A stretch of 64,000 bases of DNA. Source: Anaerolineaceae bacterium UBA2260. GTDB lineage: Bacteria > Chloroflexota > Anaerolineae > Anaerolineales > Anaerolineaceae. Of this stretch, positions 1 through 8,488 are shown piece after piece (position 1 is the first letter of the stretch; each line of letters starts with the position of its first letter). The notes below the pieces were generated by a model. The model saw only the letters and a program-made list of their open reading frames with translations, did no database searches and was not told the origin of the DNA. Where the stretch lies: the NCBI GenBank assembly GCA_002347485.1, contig DDXM01000037.1, positions 16,502 to 80,501 on the forward strand, written 5' to 3'. Both the position numbers and the translations under genes were made by a program.

Positions 1-473
1 ATAATTAATACTGCAGCCACCAGCCAGGAAAGGAGATCGGAGGAAACTTCAACCCCACCGATCGTTGCGCCGTCGCTCAAAGCCGGGATAAAGTAGCTCA
101 GGTACCAGGCTGTCCACACCGGGTAAATGGAGACATCCACCCAGGACACCACCCAGTTCATCCAGCCTGACATGAAGCCGGCAAAGGGACCGAATGCCTG
201 TTTGACCCAGTGGTAGTACCCGCCTTCGACAGGCATCATGGATTGCATTTCACGCACCATGAGCATGTTCGGGATACTAAACACAAGCGGGGTGATCACC
301 ATTAATAACAGTGCCAACCCTGGGCCGGATAGACCGACCATCGGTTCCGCTCCGAACGCGCCACCACAAACGGTGAAATAGATCAACGCGAAAAGGGGAA
401 AAATGGTTAATTCCCTTTTCAGCTTTGATTTCTCAGTTTTGACGATACTGCCCTTCTCGACTTCTGGTGCCAT
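1..473 (-). CDS. APC-family amino acid/polyamine permease, N-terminal part (gene runs off the left edge)
   Basis: This gene is absent from the ORF track because the window edge cuts it. A reverse-strand ATG lies at 473-471, with GGAGGA on the reverse strand at 477-482. My hand translation is MAPEVEKGSIVKTEKSKLKRELTIFPLFALIYFTVCGGAFGAEPMVG...MPVEGGYYHWVKQAFGPFAGFMSGWMNWVVSW. The hydrophobic first helix with a GGAFG-type glycine motif and the following G(F/W)xxGW segment look APC-like. Confidence 0.6.
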   Translation of the reverse strand, partial: MAPEVEKGSIVKTEKSKLKRELTIFPLFALIYFTVCGGAFGAEPMVGLSGPGLALLLMVITPLVFSIPNMLMVREMQSMMPVEGGYYHWVKQAFGPFAGFMSGWMNWVVSWVDVSIYPVWTAWYLSYFIPALSDGATIGGVEVSSDLLSWLVAAVLI

Positions 474-574
474 AGTTCCTCCTTCAATTGAATATTGAAA
501 TTAAAAGATGTGGCTAATGCACACCCTTATCACCGGGGTAACTAATATCACCTGTAAAGTACCGATAACGCAAA

Positions 575-1036
575 CTAGTCCTTTTTGATCACGAAACTGG
601 GAATAGGCCAAATATGGTCATCTTTTATCTTGATTGGAACAAATGAGATATGGGTCTTTCGCACACCAGGAATTTTACCGACCACGTCAGTCACGAATTT
701 AAAGAGATCACTATTATTACGGGCAAATACCTGAATACTGATATCCGTATCACCGGTGGAATAAGCGATGTAACTCACGGATTCGAATTGCGCCAGGTGA
801 TTCGCTATCTCAAGCACCTGGGCAGGTTCGACTTCTATGAAAACATCTGCGCATACTGTAAGCCCCAATCCTTCAGCGATCACATTCCCCCGGACTGCAA
901 TGACCCCGTTTTTAATGAGCCGGTTGATACGATAGCGAACGGCTCTCTCGCTAATCCCCCCGATTCTTTCAGAGATCTTTGAGCAACTCATCCGGCCATC
1001 TTCGATCAATAAATCCGAAATCTTCTTATCAAGCAT
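575..1036 (-). CDS. Lrp/AsnC-family transcriptional regulator
   Basis: MLDKKISDLLIEDGRMSCSKISERIGGISERAVRYRINRLIKNGVI is the classical AsnC/Lrp N-terminal HTH, followed by an RAM-like C-terminal domain. The ORF track extends to 1081. I place the start at the ATG at 1036 because family members begin at the MLDxxDxxIL segment, but the start is uncertain. Confidence 0.85.
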   Translation of the reverse strand: MLDKKISDLLIEDGRMSCSKISERIGGISERAVRYRINRLIKNGVIAVRGNVIAEGLGLTVCADVFIEVEPAQVLEIANHLAQFESVSYIAYSTGDTDISIQVFARNNSDLFKFVTDVVGKIPGVRKTHISFVPIKIKDDHIWPIPSFVIKKD

Positions 1037-1206
1037 GTCGATTTTTATCATATTGGTAATATCCGATGCTAAAATATACATAAATTATAGATATTTTTTC
1101 CGAAAATGCAAGTTTTTTAATAAATTCACCAATTAATTTAAGAAATCCGACAATATTGAGAGCTGAAAATTAAACCCGTAACTGTGAAAAAAACACCCAA
1201 ATTAAC

Positions 1207-1234
1207 TTGACATGAGAAATTTTTTTGCAATAAT
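1207..1234 (+). promoter_or_regulatory. Candidate sigma-70 promoter for the patA-SSF operon (TTGACA, 16-nt spacer, TGcAATAAT)
   Basis: TTGACA lies at 1207-1212 and TGC+AATAAT at 1226-1234, inside a very AT-rich 306-bp divergent intergenic region. The site is about 150 nt upstream of the ATG at 1388. Confidence 0.4.
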
Positions 1235-1387
1235 AATCACAAGGGAAAAATAGACAATTTCCTACTGCTTCCCTTTTATATCGGTACAAAACAATTGAAT
1301 ACAGGGTGAATTCGGCAATATTTTTACTTTCTTAGCTCCAAAATTGTATTTTCAAGTCAACCACCAATTTTTTTCCAAGGAGGAGAA

Positions 1388-2740
1388 ATGCCACAGAATT
1401 TACAAGATGCAATTTCCTATTCAAACCGATGGTTAGAACTTATAGAAAAACCTGAAGTCACTGAAACGGAAGGTAAGCAGATCATTGAAGAGAGCAAGTT
1501 TAATTTTGCTGAGTACTTCAACAAAAACTGGCTTGAGTACCGCAAGTCAGTGACCGAAGCTGGCGACTGGGCTTGCGTCGAGTGGACCGGTCGGGGAGCG
1601 ATTTTCAAGGATGTGCTCGGGCGCGAGTACATTGACTGCCTGGGCGGCTACGGCATGATGGACCACGGTTGGAGCCACCCGGACGTTGTAAAAGCGGTAG
1701 CCGCGCAACTACGCCGCACCCCTATGCCCAGCCAGGAACTGATCGACCCGCTGCGCGGTGTGCTGGCTAAGTTGATGGCGGATATCACCCCCGGGGATAT
1801 CAAGTATTCCTTCTTCTGCGCGAGCGGGACGGAAGCCATCGAAGGCGCGATTAAGTTGGCGAAGATGTACTCCAAGAAATCAGCCTTTATCGTTGCCACC
1901 AAAGCGTTCCATGGCAAGACCATGGGTTCGCTCTCCATGCTTGGCAAGGCGGACTATCGTGTGCCCCCTGGCTTGCTTTATGCTGGTCCTGTATACCATG
2001 TGCCTTACGGCGACGCGGCCGCGGTTGAGCGCCAGTTGGAGATCTGCGACCAGGTCGGAATTGGTGTGGCGGCGGTGATGATGGAGCCCATCCAGGGTGA
2101 AGCCGGCGCGATCGTACCGCCGGATGATTTCTGGCCGCGCATCCGCAAGGCGACGAAGGAACATGGCGTGCTCCTGATCGCGGACGAAGTGCAGACCGGG
2201 CTTGGCCGCACCGGCAAATTGTGGGGTGTGGAGCACTGGGGAGTGGAACCCGATATCATCGCCGTGGCGAAATCACTGGGCGGCGGGGTTATGCCGATCA
2301 GCTCCTTCGCTTCCACTGAAGAGATCTGGCAGTGCATGATGTATCCGAATCCGTTCATTCACACCACCACCACTGGCGGCGGCGCGCTGGCTTGTTCTGC
2401 GGCGATCGCGGCGATCAATGTCGCGCTGCGAGATGACTTCCCCAAGCAGGCACAGGAAAAGGGTGATTACTTCTTCAAAACTCTTAAAGAGCTCGAAAAG
2501 AAGTACTCAAACGTATACGACTACATTTCAGGCAAGGGTCTGCTCATCGGTCAACACTTCAAGGACGCTGAGGTTGGTTACAAAGTGGCAGCCGGCCTGT
2601 TCAAGCGCGGGGTACTGGTTGCCGGCACACTCACGAGCGCCCACACCATCCGCATCGAACCGCCCATTGTCATCACCTATGAACAGATCGATGAAGTACT
2701 CAATCGATTGGAAGATACGCTTAAGGATGTAACACGGTAA
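1388..2740 (+). CDS. patA: Putrescine aminotransferase (class-III PLP aminotransferase, PatA/YgjG-like)
   Basis: The product aligns along its full length with my recollection of E. coli YgjG. Matching segments include NWLEYRKSV, IDCLGGYGM, SQELIDPLR..LAK, YSFFCASGTEAIEGAIKLAK, MEPIQGEAG, DEVQTGLGRTGK, PDIIAVAKSLGGGVMP, HTTTTGG and RIEPP. GGAGGAG sits 2 nt upstream of the ATG (1380-1385). Confidence 0.85.
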   Translation: MPQNLQDAISYSNRWLELIEKPEVTETEGKQIIEESKFNFAEYFNKNWLEYRKSVTEAGDWACVEWTGRGAIFKDVLGREYIDCLGGYGMMDHGWSHPDVVKAVAAQLRRTPMPSQELIDPLRGVLAKLMADITPGDIKYSFFCASGTEAIEGAIKLAKMYSKKSAFIVATKAFHGKTMGSLSMLGKADYRVPPGLLYAGPVYHVPYGDAAAVERQLEICDQVGIGVAAVMMEPIQGEAGAIVPPDDFWPRIRKATKEHGVLLIADEVQTGLGRTGKLWGVEHWGVEPDIIAVAKSLGGGVMPISSFASTEEIWQCMMYPNPFIHTTTTGGGALACSAAIAAINVALRDDFPKQAQEKGDYFFKTLKELEKKYSNVYDYISGKGLLIGQHFKDAEVGYKVAAGLFKRGVLVAGTLTSAHTIRIEPPIVITYEQIDEVLNRLEDTLKDVTR

Positions 2741-2779
2741 CTGACCACCCCATTTTTTTAGTAGGAAAGGATGTGAATT

Positions 2780-4447
2780 ATGGTTCTCGAAGGTTATCAG
2801 TACGCCTGGCTGGTCATCCTGTTTATCGCGCTTTTCTTTGCCGTTCGCATCATTGTAGGTGTGTGGGCGAGCCGAAAAGTTCAAGATAATACAGATTACG
2901 TTGTGGCTGGCAGAAGACTGCCCATCCACATGGCAGCGGCATCCATCATGGCAACATGGTTTGCGGCTGAAACACTGATGGGCGCATCGGAAACTGCGTA
3001 CGATTACGGTTTCCAGGGTGTGGTTTTTGACCCGTTCGGCGCTTCAGTCTGTCTGTTCCTGTCTGGTTTTCTGTTCGTGCGCCTCATGCGCCGGGCAAAA
3101 TACCTGACCATCGTCGACTTCTTTGAGCGAAGGTATAACAAGCTGACCACCGTTCTGAGTGTTATTGCGGAAATGTTGACCTACTTCTCATGGACAGCGG
3201 CGCAAATTGTGGCGGGTGGCGCGATCGCCCAGGGAATCTTCGGTGTCGATCCGGTGATCGGGATGGTCATCATCATCGTCATTGTGGCTGGTTACACCAT
3301 GATGGGCGGTCTGATGGCAGATACTATGCTGGACTTCTTCCAGATGTTCCTGACTTCGATTGGTATTACCCTGGTTTTCATTTTTATGCTGAAGGCAGTT
3401 GGAGGCTTCCCGGGCATGATCGAAGGCGCGGGTTCCACCTATGTCTCTGAGCCTTTCAACCTGCTGCCCATCAAGGGTGAAGGTTACCTGGGTTACACCG
3501 GCGCTACTGGCTGGATGTACTGGCTGGCAGCCTGGATGGCGATCGGGCTCGGATCTGTAGCTACCCAGGACCTCATGCAGCGCTCAATGGCTGCCCGCAA
3601 CCAGGCAACCTCGGTCTACGGCTCCTACTTTGCTGGTGTGTTGTACCTTGTCTTTGGCATCATGAGCCCGTTGATCGGTATCATGACTTATAAGCTTTCA
3701 CCTGGGATGGAGGATACTAGCTACCTGTTGGTAAATGCCGCCATGGACCACATGCCTGCGGTGCTGACTGCCATCTTCATCGCCGCGCTGGTTTCCGCCC
3801 TAATGAGCACCTCAGACAGCTCGCTGCTGGCAGGCGCTTCGGCGGTGACGGAGAACCTGATCCCGTTGATCACCGGAAAGAAACTGGAAGGCAAGAAAGC
3901 GCTTTGGGCAACCCGTATCATGGTGCTTGTCAACGCAGCAATTGCGTTGGCAATCGCGTTGTGGGCGCAAACGATTTATGAACTATCAGTTGTCGCGTGG
4001 ACGTTGTTGCTGGTAGGCCTCTTCACGCCGTTCGCGTTCGGTATGTACTGGAAGAAAGCCAACGCGTCCGGCGCAAATGCAGCCTTCATCGGCGGTTTCG
4101 TCATTTGGATCCTTGCGACCATTTTCTTCTTCAATACCGGTTTGGGTGGTCAATCGACCGCTCTCGTGTGTGAATATGCACCGGACGCGACGATCTCGGT
4201 CTTCGCGAATGATGGCTGGTGGTGCGCCTTCTGGGATGCGGTATATGTAGCCTCCTTTGTGGCGTTCTTCTCTGCCATCATTCTGATGGTGGTGGTATCA
4301 CTTGCCACGCAGAAGAAGGATCCCGCCAAGAAGCTGGTGGACTACTACGGCGAGCCTATCGACATGAATCCCAAGCTGCACCTGGGCATCCTGCCGATCA
4401 AAGACGCTTTCCGCAAGATCTCAGCAGAAGAGAAGGAAAACACCTAA
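2780..4447 (+). CDS. Sodium:solute symporter (SSF) family transporter
   Basis: The 555-aa product has 13 or more hydrophobic segments. The N-terminal DYVVAGRRLP and the TWFAAETLMG segment are typical of SSF (PutP/SGLT-type) transporters. It is probably co-transcribed with patA. Confidence 0.8.
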   Translation: MVLEGYQYAWLVILFIALFFAVRIIVGVWASRKVQDNTDYVVAGRRLPIHMAAASIMATWFAAETLMGASETAYDYGFQGVVFDPFGASVCLFLSGFLFVRLMRRAKYLTIVDFFERRYNKLTTVLSVIAEMLTYFSWTAAQIVAGGAIAQGIFGVDPVIGMVIIIVIVAGYTMMGGLMADTMLDFFQMFLTSIGITLVFIFMLKAVGGFPGMIEGAGSTYVSEPFNLLPIKGEGYLGYTGATGWMYWLAAWMAIGLGSVATQDLMQRSMAARNQATSVYGSYFAGVLYLVFGIMSPLIGIMTYKLSPGMEDTSYLLVNAAMDHMPAVLTAIFIAALVSALMSTSDSSLLAGASAVTENLIPLITGKKLEGKKALWATRIMVLVNAAIALAIALWAQTIYELSVVAWTLLLVGLFTPFAFGMYWKKANASGANAAFIGGFVIWILATIFFFNTGLGGQSTALVCEYAPDATISVFANDGWWCAFWDAVYVASFVAFFSAIILMVVVSLATQKKDPAKKLVDYYGEPIDMNPKLHLGILPIKDAFRKISAEEKENT

Positions 4448-4520
4448 TCTTTACGATAAGTGGTGTTTCCTTGGCAGCTTTACAGCGCTGTCACAAAAAA
4501 AGGTTTTCTAAGTATAATCA

Positions 4521-4553
4521 GTGGCGTTCATGTGCAACTGGCATGAACGCCAC
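4521..4553 (+). terminator. Perfect 12-bp hairpin downstream of the SSF gene (no T-tract)
   Basis: GTGGCGTTCATG (4521-4532) pairs with CATGAACGCCAC (4542-4553) around a 9-nt loop. It is not followed by a U-run, so it may be a weak terminator or an RNA-stability or processing element. Confidence 0.3.
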
Positions 4554-4591
4554 GCCTATCTTCCTCCGTACCCATGGAGTAAAAATTTCTC

Positions 4592-5125
4592 ATGTCTGAA
4601 TTTAATCCGGCTGAACTCAAGTATTACGCGCTGATCTTTGGTGTCATCCTGCTCATCGTTTTTGCTTACCGAAAAGCCATCAAAAAAGTACAAAATAAAC
4701 AGCAAGAGCAATTAAAAGAAAAAGATCGGTATAAACCCGCTGTCCAGGCGGAAAAATCCGCCATGACCGAGGAGCAATTTAACCGCTCATGGAAAGCTTT
4801 ATCTTACTTGCTGCTGCTGGCTGGCGTGGGTAACCTTTACATGGCTTACACAGCACTCAAAAATGCTACGCAGGCAGGTGGATTGTGGGTGTGGTGGGTT
4901 GACGCCATTTTCAGTATCCTGGCTGCATTTTTCGCGTTTCTCGTCTGGCGAAAAAGATCAAAAAGCTGGGTTTTTGCATATTTCATCTCCACGTTGATCC
5001 CTGTATTTATTTTCATGTCGATAAAGGGTTCGGTGTTTAAGATCAGCGCGATGATCCATCTTTTCCCGCTGGTATTACTATATTTTGTTTTGAAACCGGT
5101 ATGGAACAATATGAAGGTGGAATGA
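4592..5125 (+). CDS. Small integral membrane protein, unknown function
   Basis: The 177-aa product has one N-terminal helix, a charged linker and about 4 further hydrophobic helices. I recognise no motif. Confidence 0.5.
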   Translation: MSEFNPAELKYYALIFGVILLIVFAYRKAIKKVQNKQQEQLKEKDRYKPAVQAEKSAMTEEQFNRSWKALSYLLLLAGVGNLYMAYTALKNATQAGGLWVWWVDAIFSILAAFFAFLVWRKRSKSWVFAYFISTLIPVFIFMSIKGSVFKISAMIHLFPLVLLYFVLKPVWNNMKVE

Positions 5126-5136
5126 GCCTTTATACG

Positions 5137-5176
5137 AACCCCCCCGCCGAAAAATTCGCGGGGGGTTGATTTTTTA
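5137..5176. terminator. Rho-independent terminator between convergent genes
   Basis: AACCCCCC(C)GC (5137-5147) pairs with GCGGGGGGTT (5158-5167) around a 10-nt loop, followed by GATTTTTT. It lies between the stop at 5125 (+) and the stop at 5190 (-). Confidence 0.7.
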
Positions 5177-5189
5177 AATCCAAATCGCT

Positions 5190-6542
5190 CTATTCCAATA
5201 TCTGGCTGACTGCCTCGCGGAAAACTTTGGTGTGGTAATCAATATCCGCTGCAGTAACGTCCGGGGCGATCAGAGCCATGTTGTGGAAGGGGGTCATCAG
5301 GATACCCCGGTTCATGGCTGCCAGGTGCATATAGCGGTCCAGCTCTGAATCCACCGCGGCTTCAGCGTCCCCACCGTTACGCGGCAGCTCAGGGCAGAAC
5401 CAGTACTCTGCGCGGCAGCCGAGACGGTTAATGACCCACGGCAATCCAAACTCATCGATCGCTCGCTTTACGCCATCGGTGAAACGAACCGCCAGCGGGA
5501 TAGTGTGGTCAAAAGTCTCTTTGCTCAGCGTGGAACGCAGCGTGGCGCGCATAGCCGCCAGCGAGAGGGCGTTGCCGGCAAGGGTGCCGCCGATGCCGCC
5601 CACGTCGGATTCGTCCACCTTGATGCTCTTTGACACTTTGTCGCCAACCTCTTCGCTCAATCCATAAACCGCCGCGGGCACACCGCTGCCGATCGTTTTC
5701 CCGACTGTTAGGATATCCGGCTCGAGCCCGGCTTCTCCCGTGTACCCACCGGGACCGGCGCACATGGTGTGAGTTTCATCGATGATGAGCAGCGTGCCAT
5801 ACTTGCGGGTCAGTTCGCGCAACGCGTCATGATATCCAGGGTCGGGATGGATAATGCCGATATTGGTCATCACCGGCTCAGCCAACACGCAAGCAATGTC
5901 GCCGGCAGCCAGCGCCTGCTCCAGCGCGGGGATATTGTTCCATGGGATGACGCGGGTGGTAACCACCGGGTTCACCTGCGGGCCAATCGCACCCGGGCGC
6001 GGACCCGGAATGCCGTCATTGATGGTGATGAAGGTCTCGTCCACTGAACCGTGATAACAGTAGTCATAAACCAGCACGTAGGGCCGTTTGGTGATGTGCC
6101 GGCACAGGCGCAGCACAAAGCGATTGGCATCTGTGGCGGTGAGGGTGGTTTGCCAGTACTTAAGTTTGAAGCGTTTCTGAAGTTCCTCGCCAACCCAGAT
6201 GGCGTCTTCTGTGGGCAGCATGAACGTGATGCCCTTATCCAGCTGCTTTTTGATTTCCGCCACTGGTGCATCGGGAGAGTGGCCGACCATCGCGCCAGTG
6301 TCACCCAGGCAGAAATCGAGGAACTCCTTGCCATCGGCGCAGGTGAAATGCGCCCCCTTGGCATGCTCCACAAAAATTGGGAACCCGCCCGCCCAGCGCA
6401 CCATCCAGTTCATCGGCACGCCATCCAGCAGGCAGCCCTTGGCACGCTGATACAGCGCATAGCATTTGGGGTGTTCCCTGGCAAAAAATTGTATTTCCTG
6501 TTCCAGCACTTTTTCCAGCTTGTCACGGTTGATCGTAGCCAT
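5190..6542 (-). CDS. Class-III (glutamate-1-semialdehyde-aminomutase-like) PLP-dependent aminotransferase
   Basis: The 450-aa product has the fold-type-I class-III pattern: GDTGAMVGHSP, TATDAN, HGS, LIIDETHT and the lysine in LTVGKTIGSG. Substrate cannot be assigned from sequence. Confidence 0.8.
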   Translation of the reverse strand: MATINRDKLEKVLEQEIQFFAREHPKCYALYQRAKGCLLDGVPMNWMVRWAGGFPIFVEHAKGAHFTCADGKEFLDFCLGDTGAMVGHSPDAPVAEIKKQLDKGITFMLPTEDAIWVGEELQKRFKLKYWQTTLTATDANRFVLRLCRHITKRPYVLVYDYCYHGSVDETFITINDGIPGPRPGAIGPQVNPVVTTRVIPWNNIPALEQALAAGDIACVLAEPVMTNIGIIHPDPGYHDALRELTRKYGTLLIIDETHTMCAGPGGYTGEAGLEPDILTVGKTIGSGVPAAVYGLSEEVGDKVSKSIKVDESDVGGIGGTLAGNALSLAAMRATLRSTLSKETFDHTIPLAVRFTDGVKRAIDEFGLPWVINRLGCRAEYWFCPELPRNGGDAEAAVDSELDRYMHLAAMNRGILMTPFHNMALIAPDVTAADIDYHTKVFREAVSQILE

Positions 6543-6696
6543 AGCGCTCCTCTTAAATTTTGGATGGGAATGAATTAATTATAATCAGACTGAAAAAATG
6601 CAAAAGCATTCAAGCTATAATAATTATCAGTTGTGGCGCTCTTTTAACTTGATGTTGATGACTGGTTAGAGATTGTGAGATTTCAGGAAGTAAACT

Positions 6697-8424
6697 ATGA
6701 AAATATTGACCTTAGATCAGGAAAAAGTATTACAGCGCGAGCGGAACTTTCTCAATGACCTGCGCCTTAAATTTGTGGAGTATAACGCTGCACGCGAGGA
6801 TATCGAATCCCTCGGTCAATCCATCCGTCAGCTTGATGATCTGTTCCTGCTGGTCATTGTTGGCGAATTCAACGCCGGCAAGAGCGCGTTCATCAATGCA
6901 TTGCTGGGAGAAAAATGGCTCAAGGAGGGCGTGACGCCCACCACCTCGCAGATCACTATATTACGATATGGAGAAACCAGCCAGACCAGCCTGGTCGAGG
7001 AGGGACACACACTCATGCTCTTCCCGGTTGATCTGCTCTCCGAGTTGAGTATTGTTGACACTCCCGGAACCAATGCGGTGATCCGCCAGCATGAGGAACT
7101 GACCACGCATTTCATCCCACGCGCTGACCTTGTTCTCTTTGTCACATCGGCCGACCGGCCTTTCACCGAAAGCGAGCGTGCGTTCATGGCGCATATCCGC
7201 GATTGGGGCAAGAAGGTTGTCATCATTCTCAACAAAACCGACCTGCTGCAGGACGAATCTGAACTTAACCAAGTGCTGGAATTTGTGCGTGAGAATGCCC
7301 ACGCCCTATTGGGTAGCAGACCGGAGATCTTCCCGGTGAGCTCGCGCCTGGCGCTGCGCGCGAAAACTGGCGAACCACAGCTCTGGCAGCCCAGCGGATT
7401 CGAGGCGTTGGAAAACTATATCCGCGAAAACCTTGACCAGGCTGAACAGATCAGGCTCAAGTTCCTCAACCCGCTTGGCGTGGCCGGGCATCTAACCGGC
7501 CGGTATTTTGAGCGGGCGGAAAACCAGCGACAGATCCTCGCGGAAGACATCAGCATGCTTCAGAACGTCGAACGCCAGCAGGCGGTGTATAAAACCGATA
7601 TGCAAAAGGACTTCACTTATCGTATGTCGGATTTGGAGAACATTTTTTATGCCATGGAGAAGCGTGGAGATGAGTTTTTTGAAGACCGCTTCAGACTAGC
7701 CAGGGTGCTTGATCTACTGAAAAAGGAACGCATGCAGGAAGATTTCACACGCCAGGTCATCGCGGATCTACCGCAGCAAGTGGAGACGCGGGTCAATGCA
7801 TTGATCGACTGGCTGGTTGAGTCAGACTTGCAGCAGTGGAAAGCCATCACCGGTTACCTGGCAGAAAGGCAACGTGAGCACAAAGAAAATATTATTGGCG
7901 AGGGGATCAATGCCAACTTCCGCTACGACCGCAACCGTCTGCTGGATGCGATTGGCGGAGAGGCGGAGCAGGTGGTAAATAGCTATGATAAGAAGGCTGA
8001 AGCGCGCGGGATCGCCGAGCACGCAGCGAACGCGGTAGCCGCTTCCGCCGCGGTCGAAGCGGGCGCGATCGGGCTGGGCACGCTGGTGACGATTCTAGCC
8101 ACCACAGCCGCCGCGGATGTTACCGGTATCCTGGCAGCCAGCGCGGTGGCAGCGTTGGGTTTCTTCATTATCCCGGCCCGCCGACGTAAAGCCAAGAACG
8201 AACTGCATGTTAAGCTGACCGACCTGCGAAAAGATATGGTGGACTCGCTTAAACAGGAATTTGAAAAAGAGATCGATGGTAGCTTGAAACGCATCGAGGA
8301 GGCGATCACCCCCTACACGCGCTTCATCCGTGCTGAAAGCGAGCATACTGATAAGGTCCAGCAGGAGCTAAAAGCCGCTCAATTGGAGATCAGCCAGTTG
8401 CGCGCGCTGATCGAAAGCTGGTAA
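6697..8424 (+). CDS. Bacterial dynamin-like GTPase with C-terminal membrane paddle
   Basis: G1 is GEFNAGKSAFINALLG, G3 is DTPGTNA and G4 is NKTDL. These are followed by long helical stalk regions and a hydrophobic hairpin (AIGLGTLVTILATTAAADVTGILAASAVAALGFFIIP). Confidence 0.8.
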   Translation: MKILTLDQEKVLQRERNFLNDLRLKFVEYNAAREDIESLGQSIRQLDDLFLLVIVGEFNAGKSAFINALLGEKWLKEGVTPTTSQITILRYGETSQTSLVEEGHTLMLFPVDLLSELSIVDTPGTNAVIRQHEELTTHFIPRADLVLFVTSADRPFTESERAFMAHIRDWGKKVVIILNKTDLLQDESELNQVLEFVRENAHALLGSRPEIFPVSSRLALRAKTGEPQLWQPSGFEALENYIRENLDQAEQIRLKFLNPLGVAGHLTGRYFERAENQRQILAEDISMLQNVERQQAVYKTDMQKDFTYRMSDLENIFYAMEKRGDEFFEDRFRLARVLDLLKKERMQEDFTRQVIADLPQQVETRVNALIDWLVESDLQQWKAITGYLAERQREHKENIIGEGINANFRYDRNRLLDAIGGEAEQVVNSYDKKAEARGIAEHAANAVAASAAVEAGAIGLGTLVTILATTAAADVTGILAASAVAALGFFIIPARRRKAKNELHVKLTDLRKDMVDSLKQEFEKEIDGSLKRIEEAITPYTRFIRAESEHTDKVQQELKAAQLEISQLRALIESW

Positions 8425-8448
8425 AATTTGCGTTTTTCGATGACTGGT

Positions 8449-8488
8449 GATCCTGGTGGTAAGTTGACCAGGATCGCTTTTTATTTTT
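8449..8488 (+). terminator. Rho-independent terminator of the dynamin-like gene
   Basis: GATCCTGGT (8449-8457) pairs with ACCAGGATC (8467-8475) around a 9-nt loop, followed by GCTTTTTATTTTT. The T-tract overlaps the stop of the convergent ABC gene. Confidence 0.7.

Noticed and set aside
483-492. 10-bp palindrome TTCAATTGAA immediately upstream of the permease RBS.
   Set aside because: It is short and AT-rich, so it is expected by chance in AT-rich leaders. It recurs nowhere else in the window. It was not strong enough to call an operator.
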